From contig JAYWMQ010000006.1 of the NCBI GenBank assembly GCA_035873375.1, forward strand, positions 135,706 through 199,705: DNA of 64,000 bases, given 5' to 3'. Under the pieces are notes generated by a model. The model had not been told where the DNA came from, did not search any database, and saw nothing but the letters and a program-made list of their open reading frames with translations. The translations under genes were made by a program, and so were the position numbers. This DNA comes from Nitrospirota bacterium (lineage in GTDB: Bacteria; Nitrospirota; Thermodesulfovibrionia; Thermodesulfovibrionales; JdFR-85). Positions within the stretch are counted from its first letter, which is position 1. Every line of letters begins with the position of its first letter. Below, piece after piece: positions 17,012-27,133 of the stretch.

Positions 17012-18742
17012 ATGAAAAAAAGGTTGTTGTTATTACTTATATCACTCACCCTCGTCTCCTGTGTAACTCCTGCGGTAATAAAAAAGCCGGCTACCGGGAC
17101 AGTGGTTGAAACAGTCAGCACCAAAGAGGCCGGGATTCCATCAACAGCCAATGAGGAATCTTCCCTGAACTATATCCTCGGCTATCAGGCCGAGATGGAA
17201 GGCCGATGGGCTGAAGCACTCAAATACTACGAAGAGGCGTCAAAACTTGACCCTGCTTCTCCGTACCTGAAAGTACAGATTGGACGCATCCTGCTCAGAA
17301 CCGGCAAGGTAAAGGCTGCAACAGAAAAGATAGAAGAGGTAATAAAGAGTTATCCTGATTACCTGCCCGCCCTCAGACTCCTTGGACAGCTTTATAATGG
17401 TCAGAAAAAAACCGCCGATGCCATCAGGATATACGAAAGGATAATCAGGATTGATCCAGCTGACACTGAGGCGCATCTCTTCCTGGGTATGCTCTATGCC
17501 GCTGAAAAAAAGTACCCGGAATCCATAAATGTCCTCGAAAAATTTCTTGAAAAGAGGCCGGATAATCTGATGGCCCTTTATTATCTTGGGTCGGTCTATT
17601 TTGATATGAAGGATATTGAAAAGGCAGAGACGTATTTTCAAAAATGCCTTGAGTTGAAGCCCGACTTTGACGCCGCCCTTTACAGGCTCGGCCTCATCAG
17701 TGAGGTCAGGGGTAAAAACGATGAAGCAATAAAATACTACAAAAAGGCATCGGAAATTAATCCGTTTAATTTTCAGGCCAGAGAAAGACTTTCGAGGTTA
17801 TACATAAAAGAGAACAAACTGCAGGAAGCCATAGATGAGCTTGAAAAGATAAGCAGTCAATTTCCCAAAAACACAGAGATACATAAAAGACTCGGGCTTC
17901 TGTACTTTGACAATAAAGAGTATGAAAAGGCTATTGATCAATTCAGGCTCGTGATAGAGGCAAAACCTGATGACCTTGCAGTAAGGTATTACCTCTCCCT
18001 TGCCCTTGGCACACTCAAAAAATACGACATGGCCATAGATGAGCTCAAGGCGATACTCGCCCTGGACCCAAAAAATATCCAGGCATTCCTGAATCTGGCC
18101 TACATCTATTCAGACTCCGGACAATACGAGGATGCAATAAAGACATATGATGAATTAATTGCAATTGACGCCAAACCTGAATATTATATATACAAGTCAT
18201 CAAACCTGCTGAAACTTAACAAGACCAAAGCTGCTGAAAAGACGCTTAAGGAGGCGATTGAAAGGTTTGGAGAAAATGACGAACTCTACTTTAATCTTGC
18301 AGTTGTCTACGAAAAAGAGAAGAGATTCGATGACATGGTCAAATTTCTCAAAAAAACCTTAAGCCTCAATCCAGACCATGCTGATGCACTTAATTTCCTT
18401 GGGTACAGTTATGCTGATAAAGGGATTAAACTCGACGAGGCATTATCAATGATACAGAAAGCCCTCTCTCTTATGCCGGGTAACGGTTACATTATTGACA
18501 GCCTTGGCTGGGTTTATTATAAACTCGGCAGATACGAAGAATCCCTGAAAGAACTCAGACGGGCTGTAAAGACAGTAAAGGATGACCCTTTGGTTTACGA
18601 GCACCTCGGTGATGTGCTTACAGCCATAGGGAATGAAAAAGAGGCCATTGAGGCATACAGGAAGGCCCTTCTTTACTCTGAAAAAGAGGAAGGCCTTAAA
18701 GAGCGGGTCGAGAAAAAGCTGGAAGAATTATCCAGCAAATAA
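17012..18742 (+). CDS. TPR-repeat lipoprotein
   Basis: Lipobox LVSC. Many TPR units; C-terminal LNFLGYSYAD...DSLGWVYYKLG. Confidence 0.88.
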   Translation: MKKRLLLLLISLTLVSCVTPAVIKKPATGTVVETVSTKEAGIPSTANEESSLNYILGYQAEMEGRWAEALKYYEEASKLDPASPYLKVQIGRILLRTGKVKAATEKIEEVIKSYPDYLPALRLLGQLYNGQKKTADAIRIYERIIRIDPADTEAHLFLGMLYAAEKKYPESINVLEKFLEKRPDNLMALYYLGSVYFDMKDIEKAETYFQKCLELKPDFDAALYRLGLISEVRGKNDEAIKYYKKASEINPFNFQARERLSRLYIKENKLQEAIDELEKISSQFPKNTEIHKRLGLLYFDNKEYEKAIDQFRLVIEAKPDDLAVRYYLSLALGTLKKYDMAIDELKAILALDPKNIQAFLNLAYIYSDSGQYEDAIKTYDELIAIDAKPEYYIYKSSNLLKLNKTKAAEKTLKEAIERFGENDELYFNLAVVYEKEKRFDDMVKFLKKTLSLNPDHADALNFLGYSYADKGIKLDEALSMIQKALSLMPGNGYIIDSLGWVYYKLGRYEESLKELRRAVKTVKDDPLVYEHLGDVLTAIGNEKEAIEAYRKALLYSEKEEGLKERVEKKLEELSSK

Positions 18743-18764
18743 CTATTAACCTACAATCCTGCCA

Positions 18765-19607
18765 ATGACATCACTCTATTCACCTGCAAAGATAAACTGG
18801 TTTCTTAAGGTCCTCGGCAAAAGAGCAGACGGTTACCACAACATCTATTCCGTCATGCAGAGGATTGCCCTCAGTGATACACTCTCTTTTGAAGAGACAA
18901 AAGGGGAGATAGTGATAGAGTCGGACCTTGAGATTGCAATGGAAGAGAACCTTGTTTACAAGGCTGCCGCACTTATGAAGAAACATACCTCCTGTTCTTC
19001 AGGAGCCAGGATAAAACTTTTAAAAAAAATACCCCTTCAGGCTGGGCTCGGCGGCGGCAGCAGTAATGCAGCCACTACACTTTTTGGATTAAACAACCTG
19101 TGGAAGACAGGGCTTAACCTCAGGACATTAACAGAGCTGGGCGCAAGTTTGGGCTCGGACGTGCCTTTTTTCCTGAACGGCCCCATTGCCGTTGTTGAAG
19201 GCAGGGGAGAGGTGATTACACCCTTGCAGGCTTCAACGAAGGAGATTACACTGCTCATTGTAAAGCCTGGACACGGTATATCTACTGCCCTTGCCTACAA
19301 AGAAGTAGCAGAATATTCTGAGATGGACAGGTCCCGGCTGGACCTGCTCATTAAGATACTCAAGTACGGTCCGATTGACAGGCTGCCTGAAGTCCTCGGT
19401 AATGACTTTGAAGAGCCGGTATGCAGGCTGTATCCTGAACTCAAAGATATCAGGGACAGGCTATTGAACCAGGGGGCAATTGCTGCCTTGCTGTGCGGCA
19501 GCGGCTCCAGCATCTTCGGGGTATTCACAAACAATGCATATGCAGAAGAGGCGTCAAGGTCATTTGGAGACCTCTGGCACGTGGTAACGGAAACGGTTTC
19601 CCATTAA
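18765..19607 (+). CDS. ispE: 4-diphosphocytidyl-2-C-methyl-D-erythritol kinase
   Basis: PAKIN, GLGGGSSNAA, GSDVPF, GSGSSIF. Confidence 0.95.
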   Translation: MTSLYSPAKINWFLKVLGKRADGYHNIYSVMQRIALSDTLSFEETKGEIVIESDLEIAMEENLVYKAAALMKKHTSCSSGARIKLLKKIPLQAGLGGGSSNAATTLFGLNNLWKTGLNLRTLTELGASLGSDVPFFLNGPIAVVEGRGEVITPLQASTKEITLLIVKPGHGISTALAYKEVAEYSEMDRSRLDLLIKILKYGPIDRLPEVLGNDFEEPVCRLYPELKDIRDRLLNQGAIAALLCGSGSSIFGVFTNNAYAEEASRSFGDLWHVVTETVSH

Positions 19608-20290
19608 TGACAAATACATTTAATATGTTCAGCTTAAAGACCAACGGCCGCAGAACAGGAAGGATGGGAAAGGCCGACTGGGAAATCCTCAGGGAAGTCC
19701 TTCCCCGGCTTGAGATCAAATCCAACGGGTTTATCGACCCTGCTGAAATCTTCGGCAGGCAGGCGCCACTGTATGTTGAAATAGGGTTTGGCAACGGAGA
19801 CTTCCTCTTTGAAAAGACGATAAGCACCCCTGATGCTGATTTTATCGGGATCGAACTCTACATAACAGGTGCTGCCAAATTACTGAAAAAAATCGTCCAG
19901 CACAAAAACACCTCTGACGGCCCTTACCTGAAAAACCTCCGTATATTTATAGATGACTCACGGAAGGTTCTTGAAAAAAATATTCCTGATGAAAGCATAG
20001 ACGGAATTTATATACTCTTTCCCGACCCGTGGCCAAAAAAACGGCACAACAAGAGGAGACTCGTCAAGCCTGAGTTTTCACGGCTTATTTATTCAAAACT
20101 GAAAAATGGTGGATTTATTGTAACAGCTACAGACCACCACGACTATGCCGAAGGGATAGCAGAATCTTTCACTACCGGCTTTCAGCCATCAAAAACAGAG
20201 CTGTCCGATATCAGAACAACAAAATATGCCTCAAGGGCCATAGCTCAAGGGAAAGAACTCCACATCTCTGCATTCAGAAAGATTTTTTAG
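19607..20290 (+). CDS. trmB: tRNA (guanine-N7)-methyltransferase
   Basis: EIGFGNG, FPDPWPKKRH, TD motifs. Start set at the TAATG overlap with the ispE stop. Confidence 0.9.
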   Translation: MTNTFNMFSLKTNGRRTGRMGKADWEILREVLPRLEIKSNGFIDPAEIFGRQAPLYVEIGFGNGDFLFEKTISTPDADFIGIELYITGAAKLLKKIVQHKNTSDGPYLKNLRIFIDDSRKVLEKNIPDESIDGIYILFPDPWPKKRHNKRRLVKPEFSRLIYSKLKNGGFIVTATDHHDYAEGIAESFTTGFQPSKTELSDIRTTKYASRAIAQGKELHISAFRKIF

Positions 20291-20294
20291 CGCC

Positions 20295-21869
20295 TTACTT
20301 TTCGAGTATATATCCGACCACATCTCTCAGGTTGTTAAAAACCCTGTCAGCATAGCCTGAGCTTGAGTCCTTGCCGGTTCTTACAAGTATAGCCTCTGCC
20401 CCGACACTTTTTGCCAACTCCATATCCGTACCCTTATCACCAACAACTATCGAGGAGCGCAGGTCGACATTAAAATCACTCCTTGCCCTGAGTAACATGC
20501 CGGGAGATGGCTTTCTGCAGGCACAGTTGTCATCAGGGTGGTGAGGACAATAATAAAAAGCATCAAACCCGTATCTTTCGAGGAAAATATTATTTACACT
20601 CTCGGTAAACTTTTTTTCAACTATTCCCCTTGCAATCCCTGACTGGTTACTCACTCCAATCAACAAAAAACCTTTATCTTTCAGCTTGGTTAGCATCTTT
20701 ACATCAGGAAACACTTTAAGGTCATCCATCCTGTTGAGGTAATCTGCATCATGGCAGAGGATACCATCTCTGTCAAAAAAGACCGCCTGTTTTGCCGGTA
20801 CAATCTGCAAAAGCGCATCAAAAACCTCTTCAGGTGTAATTTGTCTGAGACAAAGGACATCACCTCTGGGGCATCTCCTCTCAAAACAGGGAGAACACTC
20901 CAGGTCTGTTTTGAGCACAACATCACTCAGGCCAAACTCTATTTCTGAGTCAAAGCCGTTATCTCCGGGACGTACACACGATGGAGGGCCTGTGAGGGTA
21001 GGGTCAGTGGAACCGAATATCGACACAAGCGGGGTACCGACTGCATAACCCAGATGCATGGGGCCAGAATCGTTTGAGACAACCGCGTCTGCCTGCGAGA
21101 GTATGGCAATAAGGTCTCTGAGCGATGTAATCCCGGCAAGGTTCATAACCCGGTCTGCTGCTGTCAGGTCATGGTTTATCATACCCGTTATTTTATCTGC
21201 TATACCTCTTTCAGCCTCAGATCCTGTTAACACTACACTTCCGCCAAGCCTCCTGATTATCATCTCTGAAAGGCCTGCATAGCTCTCCTCCGGCCATCTC
21301 TTTGCCGAACCATAGGTGGCTCCCGGATTTAATACAACAATGGGTCTGCATAATCCTTCCAGCACCTCTGTTGCCTTTAGCCGTTCATGAGTGTCCAGGT
21401 ATATCCAGGGATGTCTGTATACGGCCTTAAGACCAGCCCCCCTCAGGAGGTTCAGATAGTAAAGAACGTGGTGAAGGCGCTTTGTTTCTGCTGTTACAGG
21501 AATGCCCCTGCTTAATAAAAAACCCCTTCCGTCACGGTTATAACCGATTCTTTCCGGTATGCCTGAAAGATAGGCGAGTATGGCGGCATCAAAGGCATTC
21601 TGAAAAAGGAAAGCAGAATCATAGCAGCCCTTTCTTAAATCCCCGGAGGCAGACAGTTTTCCTATAACACCGCTATATTCCGTTTTATACTCAACAAATC
21701 TGTCTATATTCGGGTCCTTTCCAAATACAGGGGCAATCCACCTCTTTCCCATGAGATGAATCTCTGAATCACGATATTCAGACCTCAGAACCCTGAAGGA
21801 TGGCAATGTCATCACAGCATCACCAATCCAGTTTACACCCCTTACAAGTATCTTTTTTCTGTCATTCAT
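20295..21869 (-). CDS. waaF: LPS heptosyltransferase II fused to a GmhB-type heptose-bisphosphate phosphatase (HAD)
   Basis: NWIGDAVM, PGATYGSAKRW, SNDSGPMH. C-terminal FFDRDG, SNQSG, CPH...CRKP, GDK. Confidence 0.88.
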   Translation of the reverse strand: MNDRKKILVRGVNWIGDAVMTLPSFRVLRSEYRDSEIHLMGKRWIAPVFGKDPNIDRFVEYKTEYSGVIGKLSASGDLRKGCYDSAFLFQNAFDAAILAYLSGIPERIGYNRDGRGFLLSRGIPVTAETKRLHHVLYYLNLLRGAGLKAVYRHPWIYLDTHERLKATEVLEGLCRPIVVLNPGATYGSAKRWPEESYAGLSEMIIRRLGGSVVLTGSEAERGIADKITGMINHDLTAADRVMNLAGITSLRDLIAILSQADAVVSNDSGPMHLGYAVGTPLVSIFGSTDPTLTGPPSCVRPGDNGFDSEIEFGLSDVVLKTDLECSPCFERRCPRGDVLCLRQITPEEVFDALLQIVPAKQAVFFDRDGILCHDADYLNRMDDLKVFPDVKMLTKLKDKGFLLIGVSNQSGIARGIVEKKFTESVNNIFLERYGFDAFYYCPHHPDDNCACRKPSPGMLLRARSDFNVDLRSSIVVGDKGTDMELAKSVGAEAILVRTGKDSSSGYADRVFNNLRDVVGYILEK

Positions 21870-21946
21870 TGAAAATCCATAATCCTTTGTTTGGTTCTAC
21901 CGAGTTTATAAACCGAGTCTTTTAATTCCAAATTGAATACAGGCTT

Positions 21947-22122
21947 CTCTGTGCTTTCCCGAAAGCTTTCGGGATGGTTTGTTCTACTATTTGTTGTTTC
22001 TCTCAGTTTCCTGAAGAGTTCCCGAAAATATCTTGTTTTTCTCTGTGCCTTCCCGAAAGCTTTCGGGATGGTTTATTCTGCCTCATTTCAGTATTCCAAT
22101 CAGTTTCCCGAAGAGCCTTCCC
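21947..22122. repeat. About 95-bp imperfect tandem duplication containing the palindrome TCCCGAAAGCTTTCGGGA twice
   Basis: Palindromes at 21957-21974 and 22051-22068. tcagtttcc(t/c)gaagag at 22003 and 22100. Confidence 0.8.
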
Positions 22123-23230
22123 TGTAAATATGAACATCCCTCTGGGGGAATGGAATTCTTATGCCGGTTTCCCTGAATTTCCAGTATATGGAGCTGTTTA
22201 TCTCGTGAATTGTCAGCCCCCGAACAGCGGGTTCCCTGGCCCAGCACAGGAGTTCAAATCTCAGCGATGAATTCCCGAATTCCCTGAACCTTACCCTCGG
22301 GGCAGGAGAATCAAGAACGTTTTTATTCTCAAGGGAAATATCGAGCAGGGTTTTCTCAACAAGGTCAATATCACTTCCGTAGGCCACTGAAATCGGTATC
22401 CTCACCCTGAATCTCGGTACCGGCGCACTTTCATTGATAATCTTTGTATTTGCAACGATTGCATTCGGGATGGCTATCAATATATCATCTCTTGTCTTGA
22501 TCCGCGTGCTTCTCAACCCTATTGCCACAACCTCCCCCCGCTCCCCCCCATCCAGCACAATGTAGTCCCCGATCTTGAAAGGCTTGTCTATAAAGACACT
22601 GACACCCCCGATAAAATTGGCTATCGTATCCTTTGCGGCAAGGGCCACGGCAGCCCCTGCAATACCGGCTGAGGCGATAAGGGGGGTGATGTTTATCTTC
22701 CAGTAAGATAGTATTATTGTCAGGGAGGCAATTATTATGGCAACTTTGGCGATATTTTCAACCAGCGGTACGATATCCCTGCCCAATCCGGTCACATCGG
22801 ATACCTTGTTGATGGTATGTTTAACTATCAGCCTGCTTATTCTTATTATGGTTATAGTCCAGATCAAGGTAATTACCGTATAAAGCAAGCCATTCGAATA
22901 AAATATAATCTTTTGAGGTGGATTCAGGTATAAAACGGCATTAATCAGGCCAATCAGGATTATGGTCAGGAATATCGGATAATGGATAAGGTCTATTATT
23001 ATGTCGTCAATCTCTGTTTTCGTGAAACTTGAAAACCGACGCAGAACCTTGTCCACAAATAAGTCGGCAATCTTTGCCACCACCACAAAGGCCAGAACAG
23101 AGATCGCAGCATTAACATAGGGAGAGGATGATATGTTGAAAGATTCAATAAGTCCTGTCATGTTCTTTATTGTATTATTTTTTATACCAAAAATAAAAAT
23201 GTAGACTACATTTCTCCAAACATTTTTCAC
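22100..23230 (-). CDS. mscS: Small-conductance mechanosensitive channel family protein
   Basis: N-terminal TMs, GAAVALAAKDTIANFIGG, PFKIGD, IPN, IRIPFPQRDVH. Start may be ATG 23161. Confidence 0.92.
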   Translation of the reverse strand: MKNVWRNVVYIFIFGIKNNTIKNMTGLIESFNISSSPYVNAAISVLAFVVVAKIADLFVDKVLRRFSSFTKTEIDDIIIDLIHYPIFLTIILIGLINAVLYLNPPQKIIFYSNGLLYTVITLIWTITIIRISRLIVKHTINKVSDVTGLGRDIVPLVENIAKVAIIIASLTIILSYWKINITPLIASAGIAGAAVALAAKDTIANFIGGVSVFIDKPFKIGDYIVLDGGERGEVVAIGLRSTRIKTRDDILIAIPNAIVANTKIINESAPVPRFRVRIPISVAYGSDIDLVEKTLLDISLENKNVLDSPAPRVRFREFGNSSLRFELLCWAREPAVRGLTIHEINSSIYWKFRETGIRIPFPQRDVHIYREGSSGN

Positions 23231-23313
23231 TTGACTTTAATGCCCTCAACCATGTATAAAAAAGAAACCTGTTGTTATCAGGCGTTAGTATCTTAAAAGG
23301 AGGCTTTTGTCGT

Positions 23314-23520
23314 ATGTCTTTTGAAGGAAAGGTTAAGTGGTTCAATGAGACCAAAGGCTACGGGTTCATCCAGAAGGATGATGGGGAAGATGTCTTTGTT
23401 CATTACTCCTCTATTCAGGGAGATGGATTCAAGACTCTTGCAGAAGGCCAGCGGGTATCCTTTGACGTTGTTGAAGGCGAAAGAGGTCCCAAGGCTACAA
23501 ACGTTGTCAGGTTAGACTGA
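23314..23520 (+). CDS. cspA: Cold-shock protein
   Basis: RNP motifs KGYGFI and VFVHY. RBS AAGGAGG supports a start at 23314. Confidence 0.95.
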   Translation: MSFEGKVKWFNETKGYGFIQKDDGEDVFVHYSSIQGDGFKTLAEGQRVSFDVVEGERGPKATNVVRLD

Positions 23521-23529
23521 CCTACTGGA

Positions 23530-23558
23530 GGTGCCTGCAGTTCCTGCAGGCACCCTTT
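23530..23558 (+). terminator. Probable intrinsic terminator after csp
   Basis: ggtgcctgcag-ttc-ctgcaggcacc followed by a short T run. Confidence 0.6.
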
Positions 23559-23649
23559 AAATCCCCTCCTGTTTTAGGTTTATAAACCAACAGATTTATA
23601 TTGCAGTAATGTCTACGCTTTTGTAACCGTAACCATTTAAACCACAAAC

Positions 23650-24528
23650 ATGAGACTGCCTGAATGGATAAAGACCGGAAAAGTTATTGGTGACCACAAA
23701 ACCAAAAAGGTCCTCCGGTCACATGGAGTCTCCACAGTCTGCGAAGAGGCCCGCTGTCCCAACAAGGGACACTGTTTTTCAAAGCCTACGGCCACGTTCA
23801 TGATACTTGGTGACTCCTGCACAAGAAACTGCGGCTTCTGCTCCGTGAACTCCTCCCGCCCTGCCCTGCCGGACCCCCTGGAACCCGAAAAGATCGCACT
23901 TGCCTCAAAGGAGATGGGGCTGAGATATGTGGTTATAACCTCTGTTACACGTGATGACCTGCCTGACGGAGGTGCCGGTCAGTTTGCAGAGACGATAACG
24001 ATGGTGAGAAGGTATCTTCCAAAGGCCAGGATAGAGGTACTTACTCCTGACTTTTTCGGCAACAGGGATGCAGTGAAGACAGTGCTCAAGGCCCGCCCTG
24101 ACGTCTTTAATCACAATATCGAGACAGTACCGCGGCTTTACTCTCAGGTAAGGCCCCAGGCCGTTTACAGGCGGTCCCTTGAAGTGCTGAAGGCAGCACA
24201 GGAGACGGCACCGTCAATACCAACCAAGTCGGGTCTGATGGTTGGACTCGGGGAGTCCTTCGACGAGGTGATCTCTGTAATGAGAGACTTGAGGAGTGTT
24301 GGATGCAGGATACTGACAATCGGACAGTACCTGAGACCGGGGAGGGAGAACTTGCCGGTTACAGAGTATGTGCGTCCAGAGGTATTCGACAGATACAGGG
24401 AGGTTGCCCTGGAACTTGGATTCAGCTTTGTCGCCTCAGCACCGCTCGTTAGAAGCTCAATGAATGCTGAGGAGATGTATTCCGCCCGAGAGGATGGTGC
24501 AGACCCTACTCCAGAATTGCCTTGCTAA
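23650..24528 (+). CDS. lipA: Lipoyl synthase
   Basis: CEEARCPNKGHC, CTRNCGFC, RSS. Confidence 0.96.
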   Translation: MRLPEWIKTGKVIGDHKTKKVLRSHGVSTVCEEARCPNKGHCFSKPTATFMILGDSCTRNCGFCSVNSSRPALPDPLEPEKIALASKEMGLRYVVITSVTRDDLPDGGAGQFAETITMVRRYLPKARIEVLTPDFFGNRDAVKTVLKARPDVFNHNIETVPRLYSQVRPQAVYRRSLEVLKAAQETAPSIPTKSGLMVGLGESFDEVISVMRDLRSVGCRILTIGQYLRPGRENLPVTEYVRPEVFDRYREVALELGFSFVASAPLVRSSMNAEEMYSAREDGADPTPELPC

Positions 24529-24737
24529 TTCAGAACATCCTCAGCAGTAATAAAAGATGCCTTTCCTTTCCTCTCTTTTTCCTCGAACTTTTCAATCACC
24601 TCCATATCCAACAGGTTTTCATATAATTCAAGTATTGATTTCCTTATCAAGGTTGATTTATCAATACCCAGATTGTCGGATAATTCTTTTAAGATTTTTT
24701 CTTCCTCTTTATTTAATCTGACAGATATCACTCCCAT
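24525..24737 (-). CDS. RHH-type antitoxin (DUF6290-like)
   Basis: N-terminal ISVRLNKEEE ribbon-helix-helix and acidic C-terminus. Overlaps the upstream toxin. Confidence 0.7.
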   Translation of the reverse strand: MGVISVRLNKEEEKILKELSDNLGIDKSTLIRKSILELYENLLDMEVIEKFEEKERKGKASFITAEDVLN

Positions 24738-24997
24738 CTTTTATATACCTCCTCTCTTTTAGCAATAGAGATAACATAATAATCTTTATCCTCCATGTAA
24801 AATATTGCTCTATACTTACCTTTCCGCAAACGATAGTATGCTCTTTTTTCTGAAGACTTGAGTTTTTTTATATCAAAAAGTCCCAGATCATTAGTCATAT
24901 CCAATGCAATGAAAATATTATTAAACCTTTTAAAGATTTCTTTTGATAAACTCCCTCTCTTTACAGCCTTTTTAATATCCTTTTCATAGAAGACCAT
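24728..24997 (-). CDS. RelE/ParE-family toxin
   Basis: DIKKLK...YRLRKGKYRAIF...REEVY pattern, 89 aa. Confidence 0.75.
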   Translation of the reverse strand: MVFYEKDIKKAVKRGSLSKEIFKRFNNIFIALDMTNDLGLFDIKKLKSSEKRAYYRLRKGKYRAIFYMEDKDYYVISIAKREEVYKRWE

Positions 24998-25052
24998 TCA
25001 TTTATGTTTACATTGTAATACGTTGTTTGTCAAGTTGATTGTACCTGAACGA

Positions 25053-25442
25053 TTACTCGGCTTTCTCCGCCACCACACTGAAATTCCTGACCCCGGCAAG
25101 CCTCACCTCGTCAATCACCTTCATAAGCAGGCCGACACTTGCATCCCTGTCTGCCTTTATCCTCAGGGAATCCTTTGCCCCCTCCCTCACAACCTCCTGA
25201 AGCCCTGTCAGACTCACCTCCCTGTCCATAAAGAGAATCCTGCCTGAACGTGTGATTGTTATTGTCTTTATTGTTTCCTGCCCTGTGGCAGCGGTCTTTG
25301 ATTCGGGCAGTTTTATCTTTACAACCGGCTCCCGCACCAGGCTGGAGGTGAGCATGAAGAACAGGAGCAGCAGGAAGACCACATCCACCAAAGGTGCAAT
25401 GTTCATGTGTGAATGACTGTACCTTTTCCGCTCAAACTCCAT
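25053..25442 (-). CDS. exbD: Biopolymer transporter ExbD/TolR
   Basis: NIAPLVDVVFLLLLFFM, IKADR. Confidence 0.92.
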   Translation of the reverse strand: MEFERKRYSHSHMNIAPLVDVVFLLLLFFMLTSSLVREPVVKIKLPESKTAATGQETIKTITITRSGRILFMDREVSLTGLQEVVREGAKDSLRIKADRDASVGLLMKVIDEVRLAGVRNFSVVAEKAE

Positions 25443-25974
25443 CCCTGCACCTCATATAAAGGCTTATGGTTATCTCCTTCAGGAGGAATGCTATATCGTC
25501 GGCCTGTTTCTCCAGATAGTGGTGCCCCACACTGATCGGGATGGCCACCAGGAGTCCGGCCGCAGTGGTGATAAGGGCCTCCCAGATTCCACCGGCAAGC
25601 ATGGATGGATTTACGCTTGTACTCGTCGCTATGACCATGAATGCCTTTATCATCCCGATAACCGTACCGGTGAGTCCCAAAAGAGGTGTGATTGTTGCAA
25701 TCAGACCAAGCCAGCTGAGTCCCCGTTCCGTCTCCCTTACCTGCCTTGTGCCGACCACTGACAATTCCTGTTCATCACAGCCCACTTCCAGCCCTTTGAT
25801 GATAGGCATTAAAATCAGGGGCCTTGTCTTCAACACCTCGTTCAGGGGACGTTCGATTGATCTGAAAATTCCCCTGTACTGAATTACCTTGTTTATAATT
25901 ATTGCAAGACCTGCAACAGAGCACAGCAGTATCGGATACATCAGAAAGCCGCCTTTTAAGATAAAATCAATCAT
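25432..25974 (-). CDS. exbB: MotA/TolQ/ExbB proton channel
   Basis: PLLGLTGTVIGM, GIWEALITTAAGL. Confidence 0.92.
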   Translation of the reverse strand: MIDFILKGGFLMYPILLCSVAGLAIIINKVIQYRGIFRSIERPLNEVLKTRPLILMPIIKGLEVGCDEQELSVVGTRQVRETERGLSWLGLIATITPLLGLTGTVIGMIKAFMVIATSTSVNPSMLAGGIWEALITTAAGLLVAIPISVGHHYLEKQADDIAFLLKEITISLYMRCRDGV

Positions 25975-25996
25975 TCAGCACCTCCATAAACAAAAC

Positions 25997-26794
25997 CTAC
26001 TCACGTTCTTCAAACTCAAATTTCACATACAACAACGCCTCGGATTTTACGGGCATTCCATTTCTTACAGCCGGCCGGTACGTTGAGAGCCTGACCGCCC
26101 TGACCGCCTCACGTTCAAAGCCAAAACCTGCCTTCTCCACAACCACCACGTTGAGCAGCCGACCTGTCTCGTCAATGGTGAGCCTCAGCAGCACCCTCCC
26201 CTCTCTTCCCATCTTCCTTGCTATCCATGGATACTCAGGGAGTACCCTTCTGACAAACGCCGGGCTATCTGCCGAGCCGATCTCTGTCAGATAAGGTTTG
26301 CCGGAGAACTCACCCTGCAGTGAATCCTGAGCACTAACAGCAGAGACCGCACCCTGCTCAGAGTCCTCTGCCCGGGCGGATAACATCTCCTGAGCCAACT
26401 GATTCCGATCCTCTTCAGGCTCTGCAACCGTCTGGACTTCAGTCTCCTCTTTTTTTTCAGCAGGCCTGACAACATCTGTTTCTTCTGCCTCCGACGCCGC
26501 GTCAGTCTCACTGCTTATTGCCACGGTCTTTGTTTCCTTTTTCTGCTGAACTCTCTCTTCAGCCTTTTCCTCTACCTTTGGAGGTTTTGGTTCTTTTTTC
26601 TTCTCAACACGTTTTTTTGCCGCTCCGGAAACAGCGACCTTACGGTCACCTGCCGGGCTGACGCTGCCGTCAATTATGGAAATCTTTATATTTCCGAAGC
26701 CCTGCTCTGAAAAGTGAGTGACTGTTGCAGACAACGGGATCGAAAGCAGAAGCATATGAATCAGGACAGATATTATCACACCATAATTTTGCAT
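25997..26794 (-). CDS. tonB: Energy transducer TonB
   Basis: N-terminal TM with S..H, charged linker, C-terminal PEYPWIARKMGREGRV...PAVRNG. Confidence 0.9.
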   Translation of the reverse strand: MQNYGVIISVLIHMLLLSIPLSATVTHFSEQGFGNIKISIIDGSVSPAGDRKVAVSGAAKKRVEKKKEPKPPKVEEKAEERVQQKKETKTVAISSETDAASEAEETDVVRPAEKKEETEVQTVAEPEEDRNQLAQEMLSARAEDSEQGAVSAVSAQDSLQGEFSGKPYLTEIGSADSPAFVRRVLPEYPWIARKMGREGRVLLRLTIDETGRLLNVVVVEKAGFGFEREAVRAVRLSTYRPAVRNGMPVKSEALLYVKFEFEERE

Positions 26795-26890
26795 CTCTAA
26801 CCTTTTGCTCCTTGCAATGACTATAATGGACTATTTACGAGTTCATCATATATACCCGCCTCCAGCGACAAAACAGCGACGGGCACTGTA

Positions 26891-27028
26891 AAGGAGAGAG
26901 ATGATAAACCCTGAACGGTTTTAAGTATCACAATAGCTTCACCTGGATGGTGAAGCGTGATACTTCCCTCGGAGTCCCGACTGGATGTCGGGACGAGAAT
27001 GAGTGAGGGGTTTATCATCTCTCTCCTT
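26891..27028 (-). repeat. Structured intergenic repeat, copy B
   Basis: Perfect 21-bp terminal inverted repeat aaggagagagatgataaaccc. Internal stems aagtatcac/gtgatactt, ttcacc/ggtgaa and tcccgac/gtcggga. Confidence 0.9.
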
Positions 27029-27133
27029 AAAACCTCTTATCTCTGAATCACGGTAAGATAATGATTAAATCCTGAGATTAAAAACCTCCATTCCCCTCAA
27101 ATAACCTTTCATCACAAAATCCATACATATACT

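Noticed and set aside
21947-22122. CRISPR array
   Set aside because: Only two units, inter-unit sequence partly repeated, no cas genes
26891-27028. Repeat copies as simple intrinsic terminators
   Set aside because: Multi-branch conserved core, no U tract, and they lie between co-oriented genes
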